The position numbers and the translations under genes were made by a program. A DNA stretch of 64,000 nucleotides, from contig OZ245003.1 in NCBI GenBank assembly GCA_965223425.1, positions 2,304,001-2,368,000 of the forward strand, given 5' to 3'. The first letter of the stretch is position 1, and each line of letters begins with the position of its first letter. This document shows, piece after piece, positions 11,272 to 22,309 of the stretch. The notes beneath the pieces are model-generated. The model saw only the letters and a list, made by a program, of their open reading frames with translations, made no database searches and was not told where the DNA came from. This DNA comes from Nitrosopumilus sp. GTDB lineage: Archaea; Thermoproteota; Nitrososphaeria; Nitrososphaerales; Nitrosopumilaceae.

Positions 11272-11559
11272 TTAGATTTTCTCTAAAAGCTCTTTCTTTT
11301 TTTCTTCAAATTCTTCATTTGTAATCATTCCATCATCTCTTAATTTAGATAGTTTTTTTATCGTGTTTATTGGATCCTCTAGTAACGTAAAATCCATATG
11401 TCCATTTCCCTTACACTTGATGAAGAATGTTTTTGGTTTAATGTTTCCAACTTTTTTTGTTTTGTTGTATTCTTTTGCAAATACGTTTGTATCATAAGTT
11501 AATGTCTTGTCTTCACGTGTTGCACCAATATTGAATTTAGCAGATATTGGAGAATCCAT
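11272..11559 (-). CDS. SHOCT-domain protein
   Basis: C-terminal IKKLSKLRDDGMITNEEFEEKKKELL. Confidence 0.75.
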   Translation of the reverse strand: MDSPISAKFNIGATREDKTLTYDTNVFAKEYNKTKKVGNIKPKTFFIKCKGNGHMDFTLLEDPINTIKKLSKLRDDGMITNEEFEEKKKELLEKI

Positions 11560-11856
11560 CTACAGTATTTCCTTTAGTACAAGTTCATCAGAAGTATTCT
11601 TCCAAATCAAATATTTTGAATCCTCAAATGAAAACACATATTGCTTGTTTGTAACCATTTTATTCATATTTACATCAAATCCTGAATTTGTAAATTCTAT
11701 AATCCCTACAACATTATCACACATCACATCACCAGCATTTTTAAAATATTCAAAATGTTTACTTCCAACATCAAATCCTTTTTTAAAACTCGATAGAAAA
11801 GTAGTTTGTGCTATGGCTTGAATTAGTTCATGCGACCGAGCAACATTTAGACTCAA
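11560..11856 (-). CDS. Hypothetical protein
   Basis: ORF in a tight three-gene operon. Confidence 0.6.
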   Translation of the reverse strand: MSLNVARSHELIQAIAQTTFLSSFKKGFDVGSKHFEYFKNAGDVMCDNVVGIIEFTNSGFDVNMNKMVTNKQYVFSFEDSKYLIWKNTSDELVLKEIL

Positions 11857-12215
11857 TTTTTACCATCCATTATTTTATGAAGATTAGTAGACATGTCTTT
11901 AATTAGTTTACGTAGATCATCTGCTTCTTTTTGTTTGTCCTCTAATGTTGGCTTGTATTTTGATTCAAACTCTACTAGAGTAGCAAATATTTTCATTAAT
12001 GTTGGAATTTCTTTATCTGAAAATTCTTTTATGAATGCATCAAATCCGCCTATATCTCCAAGATTTACATCTGCAAGCGATTCAAATTCTTTTTCGTATT
12101 TTTTTGACAAATTCAACATGTTTTCTATATATTCATCCATGTCATCAAAAACTCGCATCAAAAGTTTTAAAAAATCAATTATGCCGATATTTTTATCCAT
12201 AGCTTTTATGTCCAC
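11853..12215 (-). CDS. Hypothetical helical protein
   Basis: ORF, 4-bp overlap with next gene. Confidence 0.6.
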   Translation of the reverse strand: MDIKAMDKNIGIIDFLKLLMRVFDDMDEYIENMLNLSKKYEKEFESLADVNLGDIGGFDAFIKEFSDKEIPTLMKIFATLVEFESKYKPTLEDKQKEADDLRKLIKDMSTNLHKIMDGKN

Positions 12216-12429
12216 ATTTAATTATCAACCAAATAGGTTATTATGTGTTCAAACAAATTATACAGTGATGCCTTGATGTACGGCCCCTTTACCACGTGGC
12301 TTGTTGGTGCAAAAAATTGGATCAGATGGCTAGTTATACAACACAGTAATCATCAGAACTGTAAAGTTATTGGGGCATAATTCTTCCTGTCAAGTGTCGG
12401 GGTGAGATTAACAAAATTATTTATTCTAA

Positions 12430-12798
12430 TTGAAAGATAACGTTTTCGTGAAAGACATTGAATTCAAACTAAACGCAACTGACATTCATCCAAACTCAGA
12501 GATAAGGGGAACAATTACTGTCTCCTATCCAGGAAGATATGACGGGGTTGTGATAAACACCCAGATTTTGGACTCCAACGAGCATGTAGTCTACAAATCA
12601 TACAATGGAAAGAGCATATCACAGAATGTTTCAAGGCTGTTTATCAGCAAGGACGTAATGCCTGAAAACAAGGCAGAATTTACGGCATTGATCGAATTTG
12701 AGCCAGAGCAAGAACATGAGATTAAATTTAGGGCATCAATTATTGAGCAGCACAAAGAAATTGAAAGTCAGATAATTTTTGCAAAATATTCCATCTAG
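12430..12798 (+). CDS. Hypothetical beta-sandwich protein, likely conserved thaumarchaeal
   Basis: Clean ORF convergent with the complex III operon. Confidence 0.7.
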   Translation: MKDNVFVKDIEFKLNATDIHPNSEIRGTITVSYPGRYDGVVINTQILDSNEHVVYKSYNGKSISQNVSRLFISKDVMPENKAEFTALIEFEPEQEHEIKFRASIIEQHKEIESQIIFAKYSI

Positions 12799-13256
12799 AA
12801 TCTGCTCTTCTCAACTGTGATCGAGCCGGTCATCCATGGATGTGGTAGGCAGTGATAATGAACTTCCTGGGGTTCGGTAAACAGAAATTCATAGGCATCG
12901 CCTGGTTTAAGAACGCCTTCAGAGCCAAAGTCACCGCTGTAACTGTCAGAATGCCTATGATCAGGGGTTACAGTATGGGCAGTATCATCATTGTTTTGCC
13001 AGATTACTTTGTTGTCGATGTTCAGTAGTATAGTCGGAGAATTTGGAACATAGTTGTCATTTCCTTCAATCAGCGCACCTGGAACAATTTCGATGATTAG
13101 TTCTTTTTCAGGATGCAAGATGTGTTCGGACACAGACGGTTTTGCCAATGATTCAGGAAGGTAAAACGAAGTGTAAAATACCACTACAGCAGACATGCCA
13201 ATTATCAATGCAATAAGCCCTATACCGTATGCATGGCTTGATGTGGGTGCGCTCAT
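12795..13256 (-). CDS. Membrane-anchored plastocyanin-like cupredoxin of complex III
   Basis: N-terminal TM helix; HTVT and YHCLPHPWM type-1 copper ligands. Confidence 0.92.
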   Translation of the reverse strand: MSAPTSSHAYGIGLIALIIGMSAVVVFYTSFYLPESLAKPSVSEHILHPEKELIIEIVPGALIEGNDNYVPNSPTILLNIDNKVIWQNNDDTAHTVTPDHRHSDSYSGDFGSEGVLKPGDAYEFLFTEPQEVHYHCLPHPWMTGSITVEKSRF

Positions 13257-14872
13257 TTGCTTGCCCTCTTGATATCATCTGCACCAATGTTTGGATTGTT
13301 GTTGTTATTGTCGTTGCCGTTGTTGTTTGCGCCAACTCCCAAATCTGCCTTAGTTTTTGGAGCGGGAATTTCCTGAGCCAGTTCTTTTGGCTTTTCTTTT
13401 GGTGCGGCATCCCCTTCCGGAAGCTTACTTGGTTCAGCAGATGCGGCTACAGGTTGGGCCAGCTTTGGTTTTTCTTCGTGTACGGGAACAGGTGGTGGTG
13501 GCGGGGCATTCTTTTGCTCACTCATGGCATATCTGTAGATATGGAAGAATGCTGCAAATACCAGCAAGATCAGCCCAACAAAGAACAGTGAGATGTTCTT
13601 CATTCCAGTCAGGGCTGCGTTATATGCTGCAATGTTTAGGAATACCTGGAATGCCAGCAGGGCAATCAGCAGCCAGTTAATCCATTTTTCAGAAAGCTTG
13701 ATTGTTGCAACTTGATTTGGGCCCGTACTTTTTGCAAGTTTTGACTTTCTTTCAGCCTCATTTGCAAGTTTTATCATCATGTAGGTAAATCCAAACCCTA
13801 GCGGAACCATCAAGATCATTGTAGAATAGAAGAATATTGGATCAATTACCAGGCGCTCTACTAGTGAAATGGAGGTGTCAGGCGAGATGTAGAATCCCCA
13901 ATATGTAGTGACCATAATTTGTGCAAGGCTTGTAATGCCAAACGCTGTGATTATTGGTCTGTCTCTCCATGAGAACTTTTTGTACCTGTCAATGAACGGA
14001 ACCAGCACAATTGAGATGATGAATATCAAGGGCCACATCAGCCCAGTTACAAACTTGTCATACTGTGTCCTCATGAATGCGTAAATTCCTGTAAGATACC
14101 ATTCAGGAACCGTTACGCCCGGCGGCACTGTCGGTTCAAACTTGAATCCCATATCAACTGGGAACACGCCGCCGGTGATGAGAATGGCACCTGAGATGGC
14201 CATAACCATAGGGACGTCAAATACCAGGAATCTTGGAAAGTGAACTGCCATCAGTCCTAGCATTACTACTGGCAACAAGAACACGTGTTGCGCATAGAAT
14301 CTTAATACAAAGTCTGAAAATCCGCTACCCAGCGCCGCATCGCGGATTGTCGGTCCGACCACCGGAATTGACGTGGTCAGAGACGCGGCGATGCTAATTG
14401 CAAGCTCTGCCCTTTCGCTGAATATGACATCATATCCTGTAAATGCCTCAAGGATTGTGACGACGCCCAAAATTACTCCCGTCATCCACAAGACTTCGTT
14501 TCTAATTTTGTATCTTCCGCTAAAGTACTGGTAGTACATGTGAAGAACAGCCAGAAGCACCATTGCGTTGGAACCATGGTAGTGAATGTTTCTTATGTGA
14601 AAGCCAAATGGGACTTCATCATTGATGAATTGAACACTGTCCCATGCCCTGTCCAATATTGGCTGATAGTAAAACATGAGAAGAGCTCCTGAAACTCCGA
14701 GAATGATAAATACAACAAATGTAAGCATTCCTAAGAATCCAAACGGACTTACAAATCTGGCAGGGAATGAAAACTTGATGGCAGTAAATATTGTCCTGTC
14801 TATTCCATCCCAAAGCCAGTAAAAGAATGCAACCAGTCCGGTTCTTCGTTCAAGCGAAACGGCCATATCCAA
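13253..14872 (-). CDS. petB: Cytochrome b/b6 subunit of complex III
   Basis: RNIHYHG, VLHM, FTGY, QH...VH haem ligands; PEWY motif. Confidence 0.95.
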   Translation of the reverse strand: MDMAVSLERRTGLVAFFYWLWDGIDRTIFTAIKFSFPARFVSPFGFLGMLTFVVFIILGVSGALLMFYYQPILDRAWDSVQFINDEVPFGFHIRNIHYHGSNAMVLLAVLHMYYQYFSGRYKIRNEVLWMTGVILGVVTILEAFTGYDVIFSERAELAISIAASLTTSIPVVGPTIRDAALGSGFSDFVLRFYAQHVFLLPVVMLGLMAVHFPRFLVFDVPMVMAISGAILITGGVFPVDMGFKFEPTVPPGVTVPEWYLTGIYAFMRTQYDKFVTGLMWPLIFIISIVLVPFIDRYKKFSWRDRPIITAFGITSLAQIMVTTYWGFYISPDTSISLVERLVIDPIFFYSTMILMVPLGFGFTYMMIKLANEAERKSKLAKSTGPNQVATIKLSEKWINWLLIALLAFQVFLNIAAYNAALTGMKNISLFFVGLILLVFAAFFHIYRYAMSEQKNAPPPPPVPVHEEKPKLAQPVAASAEPSKLPEGDAAPKEKPKELAQEIPAPKTKADLGVGANNNGNDNNNNNPNIGADDIKRASK

Positions 14873-15455
14873 TTACTCCATTTTCATTTACGTCAAATTT
14901 TGGCGGCATGATAAATACAAATCCTTCTGAATCAATGTCCAAAGTTAGTTTAGGCAGTGTGTTTGATGGTGCAGCCTGTACTGATGCGGGTCCAATAAAG
15001 GCCGTTCCGGTTAATGGATCATACATGGTGCCATGACACGGGCATTCGCCCCTCTTTCTTCCATCATCTGGCCAATACTTCCACAAGCACCAAAGGTGGA
15101 GGCAGATCATGCTGTAAGCGCGAATTGATGACGCGTCACTTTTTGCACCGCCTAACTCTTCAGGCAACCTAATGAACTGCCATTTACGAAATGCCTCTGC
15201 GTCAAGTGCAGCATCGCCAGTAGCAGGATATGTGATTACTTCGGCGTGGTTAACTGGAAACGTGTTCATATTGGCCTGAGTGCCCTTAGGCAAAATTACC
15301 GGAACTCTTTCAAGGGATGCCTGATTTGGGTTTGGCATAAAATTACCAAATGGGACAAATGGAGCAAATGCTAATCCTGTGCCTGCGGCTCCTATCAACT
15401 TTAGAAAGTCCCTTCTGGATAACCCGCCAGACTTTTTTGTCCCAAGCTCTGACAT
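14850..15455 (-). CDS. Rieske 2Fe-2S subunit with Tat signal
   Basis: SRRDFLK Tat motif; CLHLWC and CPCHG boxes. Confidence 0.95.
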   Translation of the reverse strand: MSELGTKKSGGLSRRDFLKLIGAAGTGLAFAPFVPFGNFMPNPNQASLERVPVILPKGTQANMNTFPVNHAEVITYPATGDAALDAEAFRKWQFIRLPEELGGAKSDASSIRAYSMICLHLWCLWKYWPDDGRKRGECPCHGTMYDPLTGTAFIGPASVQAAPSNTLPKLTLDIDSEGFVFIMPPKFDVNENGVIGYGRFA

Positions 15456-15480
15456 TCAAGCTGACGTACTCGCCAAATTG

Positions 15481-15488
15481 CTTATAAA
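15481..15488 (-). promoter_or_regulatory. TATA box of the complex III operon
   Basis: TTTATAAG 26-33 nt upstream of the ATG at 15455 (leaderless spacing). Confidence 0.55.
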
Positions 15489-15515
15489 CCTTGTTCAATT
15501 ATCAGCTAAGTCAAT

Positions 15516-16707
15516 TGTACGAAAAGTCAGTCCGCCTAGGATCAGAAGCAATGGATGATGATGATTATTTCAGACCGTACCGATCCAGAAAAGCTATGGC
15601 AAAAAGACTGACAGAAAAATCCCGACAGCAATAATCAGACAGCGCAAAAAGGGAATCGTCTCCTCCGCCCAGACAGCCGAGGATCTTGGCATCACGGCAA
15701 GGCACGTAAGAAGACTGGGCCCGGTTCCAGGAAATCGGAACAACACGCGTGAAGATGGGCAGGCTGCACAATCCAGTCGCAGCCGCCCAGATACGCCTTG
15801 TAACTGATGCACACCGGGACGACCCCGTGGGAGTCCTGCGCACTGCAAGGAGACTGAGGAACAATCATGGTACAAGCTACCGCGCAGTATACCGCATAAT
15901 GAAAAAGAACGGCATGGTAGCATCATCATCATCGGCTACAAAGTCAAAGAAGAGAAAGTACGTCAGCTTTGAGCGAAAATACTCTAACGCAATGTAGCAT
16001 GTGGACTGACACGAAATGAAAGATCTCTCTCTCCCTTGTTTATCACTTATGGGTTGATGCGGGCAAAGACTGGCACGAAATGAAAGATCTCCCTCCTTCC
16101 CTGCTTCCAAGGACTGCATCTGGTCACGTATCTTGATGATGCCTCAAGATGCATTACGGGTGCAGCGTTGCTGTTTGAGCATGCCGCTTCTGAGAATGCC
16201 GTAATGACACTCAGGCTTGCAATCAAGAGGTTTGGTGCGCCTGCATCCGTACTGTCTGATAACGGCTCGTGCTTTGTAGGACAAAACGGCAGAAAAAAGG
16301 CAGAAAAAAGGAACGTGGAGGCCCAACCCTCTTTGAGGAGGAACTGCTTGCAGGCGACATCATCCTGATAAACTCCAGGCCGTATCATCCCCAGACCAAC
16401 GGCAAGCTGGAGCGCCTTCACCGCAGCATAGAGGAGGAGATATGGCACTATGAGAGCCTGAGAAAATATGTCGACTATTACAACGAGAGAAGGCTGCACT
16501 TTTCGTTGGACATTGAAAACTGTGAGACGCCGCTCATGGCATTTAGAAACAAAAAGGCAATTGGGGCAGTCAGGAAAGATGACACAAAATGGATGGAGAG
16601 AGATGCTTGAGTATTACAACAAATCTCTTCAAATAGATTCAACAGGAAAGGTGGCCCAAAATGGATGTAGAGAGATGCCGATGACTAGCGAACCGACTTT
16701 CAGTATA
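15516..16707 (+). mobile_element. Decayed IS481-family element
   Basis: Imperfect TIR starting TGTAC-GAAAAGTC; rve motifs YLDDASR, LSDNGSCF, PQTNGKLER; in-frame stops and two internal duplications. Confidence 0.85.
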
Positions 16708-16805
16708 TTACAAAATCAATCTCTAAAGAAAACACCATGAATGTCTCTACTATTGATTATCTGTTCATTTTTATCAACAATAACTTTACCACAAACCCAA
16801 CATAC

Positions 16806-17063
16806 CTATTGGTTGATCTTACCACTACGAAAATCATCAGTCTGTTTGAGGAATTGATCTTTGTACTGTTCATCCATTTCAATCAGAGTGAACTTACTAT
16901 CTGATTGTAAGATCTCTTTTTTTTGCCAATAATCTTCAATTTTACCTTTAACATCATCAACTGAAAAGATATTACTGTACAAAATGCATCTTTGCAATCC
17001 ACCATTATAACCATAAATATTATCTGAAGATGTTTTGCATTTTGGGCAATAGCTACCATAGAT
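16806..17063 (-). pseudogene. 3' fragment of a hypothetical gene cut by ISH3
   Basis: ORF 5' end runs into the IS terminal repeat. Confidence 0.45.
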
Positions 17064-18368
17064 CAGTAGTTGGGATTGTACCGTTCCAAAACAGCCCACA
17101 AATCACCCGGTAGGCGGTGGTGGCCACCTGACATACACACATGCTGCAAACACGCGGATCATCCTGTTTAAAACACCGGCAAGTGTCACATGATATCTTT
17201 GTCTGCACACCGTGCGACGCAGGCCTATCCAGATGTTGTTTATCACCAGTGACAAGACAAACAAAAGCATCCGTACGGAGGGGTTCCTGCTGGCAGTGCG
17301 CGCGCGTACGCTCTTTGCAGACCTGTACCCCGTTTCAATTCCCCAACGTTTTTTGTACTGCTCTGGGATGTACTTGACAACGTCCCTTTCATTCTCGCAT
17401 GGCAGCGACGTTGCAAATGCGCGATACCTGTCAAACATGGTGCCGTCTTTTTTCCTGGCGTCATCCCTGATCAGAACCAGGTTGAACGTGAACTTTTCGG
17501 AGCCTGATTTTATGGTGTACCTGGAGACATCACCGCGCTTTCCTTGGGCGTGCTGTACAATGGCGCGCTTGATGCCGGCATTCTTTTTTGCCGGCATGAT
17601 AAAATGCCTGTGAAGCGATCTGACAGTCCGCATCACGTCTGTTGCGTAAAACTCCCTGTCAAGAAGGTAAAGATTGATTCCAAGGTGCAGCTTGGAGCAC
17701 TTTTTGATGGTTTTACGCACGAATTCGCCGTTGGATGTACCCCGGGTGACCGGACTGAAGCACAGGTTGGCCTCCTTGCCGCCCTGCACTATCTTGGATG
17801 TCATGTATGACTCAAACCTGTACGTTCCTGACTCGTATTTTGACTGTATGAGGTGCCTGAGGTCGGGGTTTTTGTCATGGTGCGGAATCTTGTGCTTGTC
17901 TATTGCAGCCACTGCCGTTTCGTTGCTGATGCGTCGCCTCATGCTGCGGCATGCCGTGTTGACCGTATCATGCATCATCTGGTCGCAGAAGCGGTTCATC
18001 TTGTCCTGCTTTATGATGCGCAGCTTTTTGAGCAGCCAGCTGCCCGACGGCATGCGGATGCCGGGAGAGCCGAGATCTCGCGCGCCGTTGGCGTATCCGT
18101 TGGAGCTGGCCATGACCAGTAGCATGTGCGCTGCATCCCTGAGGCAGTACAGCGTGTTGTGTCTTGTGCCAAAGGCAAGGTTCAGGTGTTGCAGTGCGGA
18201 CTGGAAGATTTTAAATCCCCTGATGTCTTGGTTCTGTTGGTGTGTTTGCCCATCTTTTTCGTACATGTTAAGGTGGGTGAGCATGCCTTGTATTTGGATC
18301 TGGTTGATCGTGTTTTGTTCTTAAAATGATCAGTTTGGGCTATCCAAAATGTACAATCCCAACTACTG
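17064..18368 (-). mobile_element. ISH3-family element type 1, intact transposase 17103..18284
   Basis: 18-bp TIR CAGTAGTTGGGATTGTAC; AAID, LLDREFY, YKKRWGIETGYR; flanks do not match. Confidence 0.9.
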
Positions 18369-18390
18369 ACGGTATATGTACTAAGACATT

Positions 18391-19491
18391 AGATGAGTTG
18401 CGCAATTACAATCAAAACCCCATCTTTCACTCGATAGTTTTTGATTTTATGGAATCACAACAAGCTTTTGCTTCCACCGTATCTTGAAATTAACAATTCT
18501 GCAAACTCTCACTAATAGTGTCATAACGACACAATCTGTTCCTAAATGTATCTGCACTAATTCTGAATTTTTTGATTTGTGCAATGACATGCTCCCTATC
18601 CTGATTCTAATTTTAGCTTGAGATTTGTTCCACTCTTTCTGAGAATCAGTTAATTTTTTTCTTGTATGGCAAAATGCTGGTCTGTTTTGGAAGGTCCTTT
18701 TCAATCCCCAAATATCCAAGGTCATAAAAGTTTAGCAGCTCTTCAGAATGTCGGATGTTTTGATTTGTAAATTTTGTAATCGTGACGACGTCCAGGTGAG
18801 TGTGCAGGTTTGTGAATTATGACTCTCAAGATTTATCGTAATCTGGTTTTGTACTGTGTGGTCTTTCTTTCTGCCTGAATAGTGTGTTTTACGTTTGCGT
18901 TTGTTTTTTGGTCTCAGTATTGGTTGCTCTGTACCATCTGTGATTGCAATTAATTCTGGGAAGAACTCTTGGAGTTACTGTATGCTGCTGATCTGTTTTG
19001 AATCTGCATACTTTTTGGCGGGAATTGGGATTGACTGTTTTGCTGCCGGCTCCAAATATCTGATATCTCGCATCACATTTGATTTGTTCAAATCAAATAT
19101 CATTCCCAACATATCGTGTGTTGTGTACATTCTGTAGTACATTAACAGCATCAGAACTCTGTCTTTGATTGATAGATCAAACTTGTGTCCTGCACCAATG
19201 TCTCTTTTTCTTTTCTTTTCTTTTCTTTTCTTTTCTTTTCTTTTCTTTTCTTTTCTGATAGACGTTTTGCTTCTGTAGTTTTGTAATTTTTTTGTATTTC
19301 TTTTGTATTTCTTTTGATAAGGAATCAAATTGTGGAACAGTCAGTCCCGTTATTGACAGGAATTGTTTTGGTCTTTTTGCTAGTTTCGTGTGATTGAACA
19401 TGAATTGAAAATGGTTATTTCTTAGCTTTGGATCTTGTTGTTAGGAAATATTGAGATTATACTCAAACTGAATCAATTGCGCAACTCATCT
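18391..19491 (-). mobile_element. Decayed AT-rich IS5-family (DDE_Tnp_4) element
   Basis: 17-bp TIR AGATGAGTTGCGCAATT, ATT duplication; HTH_Tnp_4-like segment and ITDGTEQPI motif; multiple frameshifts. Confidence 0.88.
19206..19255. repeat. (TTTTC)10 microsatellite inside the transposase
   Basis: Counted directly. Confidence 0.95.
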
Positions 19492-19504
19492 ATTATATTG
19501 AACA

Positions 19505-19924
19505 TTGAATAGCCGAATATTTAGTATGAAATGGACTCATCGTAGGACTGTTGTTGTAGCCTACATCGCAATAGCAGTATTAGTAGTGACCAGACCAGAC
19601 TTTGAATATTGGCCTTGGTTACCACTTCTGGGCGTGGGTGGCGGTTCCATAATCTCCCTTAACATCATCGTGGTACGACGGCAACACAATCAGTCAGAAA
19701 GTGCAAAGATCGCTGCAAAGAAGGAAGAGCTCAAACTCCGAAAAATGGAAGACGACTACATGAACAAACCAATGCGCGATAACGGAAAACTCCTACTCAA
19801 GCTTTTGGTTGGTGTTGTTGCTCTTTTTGTGGTTTTTGCATTGGTTCGAGCTATATGGGAAGGGCCTGAATCAGCACAAGGCATAGTTGACTGGATTGAG
19901 CTACTACGATGTCAGTGTAGTTAG
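19505..19924 (+). CDS. Membrane protein, about 3 TM helices
   Basis: Hydrophobic segments. Confidence 0.6.
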   Translation: MNSRIFSMKWTHRRTVVVAYIAIAVLVVTRPDFEYWPWLPLLGVGGGSIISLNIIVVRRQHNQSESAKIAAKKEELKLRKMEDDYMNKPMRDNGKLLLKLLVGVVALFVVFALVRAIWEGPESAQGIVDWIELLRCQCS

Positions 19925-20350
19925 TACGTGGTTAGTACCAAATTGCCATGTTTACACAACTAACAGAGGCAACCAAAAAAGAGCATGAAATGTAAATTGA
20001 TCCGCTCCTATCACCGTACCCTGACTCCATGTAGCATATGGACAAGAAGAAGCTCTATGACAGGATATGTTTCCTGTACTATGAGGACTACACATCAAGG
20101 TTTGTCATGACGCAAGTAAAGTTTCTATTCTCCTAAGATCCACATTTTCGATCAGTAGTGGATTGTTAATCGAGGTCACTTTGGAACAGCAGTGTCCGTA
20201 ATTGTAGTTATAACAAAGTCGCGCAGGATACCTTTGAGCTAACCGCCAGGTATCAGAATTCAGGAGGCTGGGTCATCATAGATGAACAGAACCCGCAATA
20301 GAGAACCGATCAAGGATTAGTTTAAATCATAGAAGAGAAAGCAGGCTTTT

Positions 20351-21854
20351 GTGGCGGTTCATATTTTCCTGAGTTTTGTAGAGGAGAATCTTAATCTTGT
20401 AAACATGTTCCGAGCTCAGGCAAAAAACAGTAAGATAGATTTAGAATTTGCAGACTATTCCATCAAAGAACCAATCGATAGTGAAAATGCCCCATACATA
20501 AAACGGCAGATAAAAGAGAAGATCAGACAGAGTTCCATCATAATATGTTTAATTGGAGATTCAACCCATGATATAGTCTCGAGCAAAAGTTCTTGAGATC
20601 AAATATGTTAGACAGAAATACATTTTGATCACGCCGCACCACGCATTGCAATGCCCACAGTAAAATCCGAAGACCTGAAGAAAGCGTACAAGAGGGAGAA
20701 GAACCCTCGTGTCAAGATCAGAATGGCGGCCGTAAACATGGTGTGCATGAACAATGAAAGCATTCAACATGTGGCAGACTCGCTCATGCAGTGCCCCAAC
20801 TGGGTGTCCTTCTGGGTGGAACGTTTCAAGGAGGAGAAGGGCGGCATAGACGCCCTCCGGGATCTTCCAAAGACAGGCAGGCCGCCAAAGGTTCGGTTGG
20901 ACAAGATTGCAAGGGTTGTATCAGATGCAAACAGCAGCGGCATTATTACGCCAAAAAGACTCAAAAGCGACATACAAAAAAGATTCAAAGTAAAATACCA
21001 CATAACCAGCATCAGAAAGATAATGCACAAGCTTGGAATGTCTGCCAAGACGGCTCAGCGCATCCACATCAGCAGGGCAGAAATTGACAAAATCAAAAGG
21101 TGGCAACACAATGCAAAAAGGCGGATTTCACGCCTGGAATTGAAGGGTTTTACAACTGTCGTTTTTGACGAATCGATATTCATCGACGATCCTGCAAGTG
21201 GCGCAAAGTACTGGTCACCAAAAGGGGAGCCAATCACAACGACATACAAGGGACGGCACGGCAGGGTGGTGGCATACGGCTCCATTGCGACAGACGGCAG
21301 GCAGTTCTTTAGGACATATGACAGGTTTGACAAGGAGACGGTTCTGCAATACATCAAGGAGATGACAAGTCATTTTGGCAAGGTGACAATCATCATGGAC
21401 AACGCGCCGCAGCACAAGGCAAGGATTGTAAAAGAGTTTCTTGCAGGCAACCCCGATGTCAGGACAATATGGCTTCCGACTGCAACGCCTGAGCTCAGTG
21501 TAGTTGAGGAGTACTGGCATCAGGCAAAACGGGACGTGTCGGTATCTGAATATTACGCTACGGTTGTGCACATGCGCCATGCAATGTCAGAATATTTCAG
21601 GACAGCCCGTCCCAAGCTTGATGCGATGAAGTTTATCTGTAGAAGGTCGCTCACTCTCAAAAACTTTTGATTGACACTATAGCTCTTGGGTGGAATGGGA
21701 ATTAGAAACCGGTCACGATCTGGACAAATGCCTCATAGGAGTAAGACTGCATTCTGACAATGATGATATCGAACCACAACCATTAATTGATCATTCTGCT
21801 GATATAGTTGACTGGAATATTGACGACATTATCACTGCAATCGAAAATTGCTAA
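20351..21854 (+). pseudogene. TIR-domain protein (ThsB/MTH538-like, 131 aa when restored) interrupted by IS630
   Basis: HIFLSF...DYS...IKEKIRQSSIIICLIGDSTHD|SSWVEWELET...IGVRL...WNIDDI; joins in frame at the TA duplication; TTTAAAT box about 30 nt upstream. Confidence 0.9.
20574..21679 (+). mobile_element. IS630-family element, intact transposase 20651..21670
   Basis: TIR TAGT.TC..CAAAAGTT, TA duplication; FDES, MDNAPQH, PELSVVE. Confidence 0.93.
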
Positions 21855-21863
21855 TGTTTACTC

Positions 21864-22286
21864 ATGAACGAACAAGATTTTTCTGATTTCGTAAAAAATA
21901 GATATGAGGATCAATTGCAGTGGTATGACCAAAAGTCTATCACCTGCAAACGCAACCATGATGTTTTACAAACAATCATAATTTTTTGTTCTTCACTCAC
22001 ACCAGTTTTGATACTGATATTAGAACCAGACTGGAAGATATTGGCAGTGTTCACATCAATGATTGTTGCAATATCCACAGGTTTAATTGCAACATTTAAG
22101 ATTCGTGAAAAGTGGATAAACTATAGAATAACAGCAGAATCTATGCGCAAAGAATATTCACATTACAAGACTGATACTGAGAAATATTCTGTTGCACAAG
22201 ACAAACAAAAACTATTTGTTGAGAGTATAGAATTTTTGCTTGCTGGTGAAGTTACAAACTGGCAGAATATACAGAAAAAGAAATAA
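21864..22286 (+). CDS. SLATT (DUF4231-like) two-TM effector
   Basis: RYEDQLQWYDQKS, two TM helices, WINYRITAESMRKE. Confidence 0.85.
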   Translation: MNEQDFSDFVKNRYEDQLQWYDQKSITCKRNHDVLQTIIIFCSSLTPVLILILEPDWKILAVFTSMIVAISTGLIATFKIREKWINYRITAESMRKEYSHYKTDTEKYSVAQDKQKLFVESIEFLLAGEVTNWQNIQKKK

Positions 22287-22309
22287 CATAGATCGTACCA
22301 AATACAAGT

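Noticed and set aside
16571-16678. CRISPR array
   Set aside because: Only two repeats, derived from transposase coding sequence; no leader or cas genes. Kept only as a possible ectopic-integration scar.
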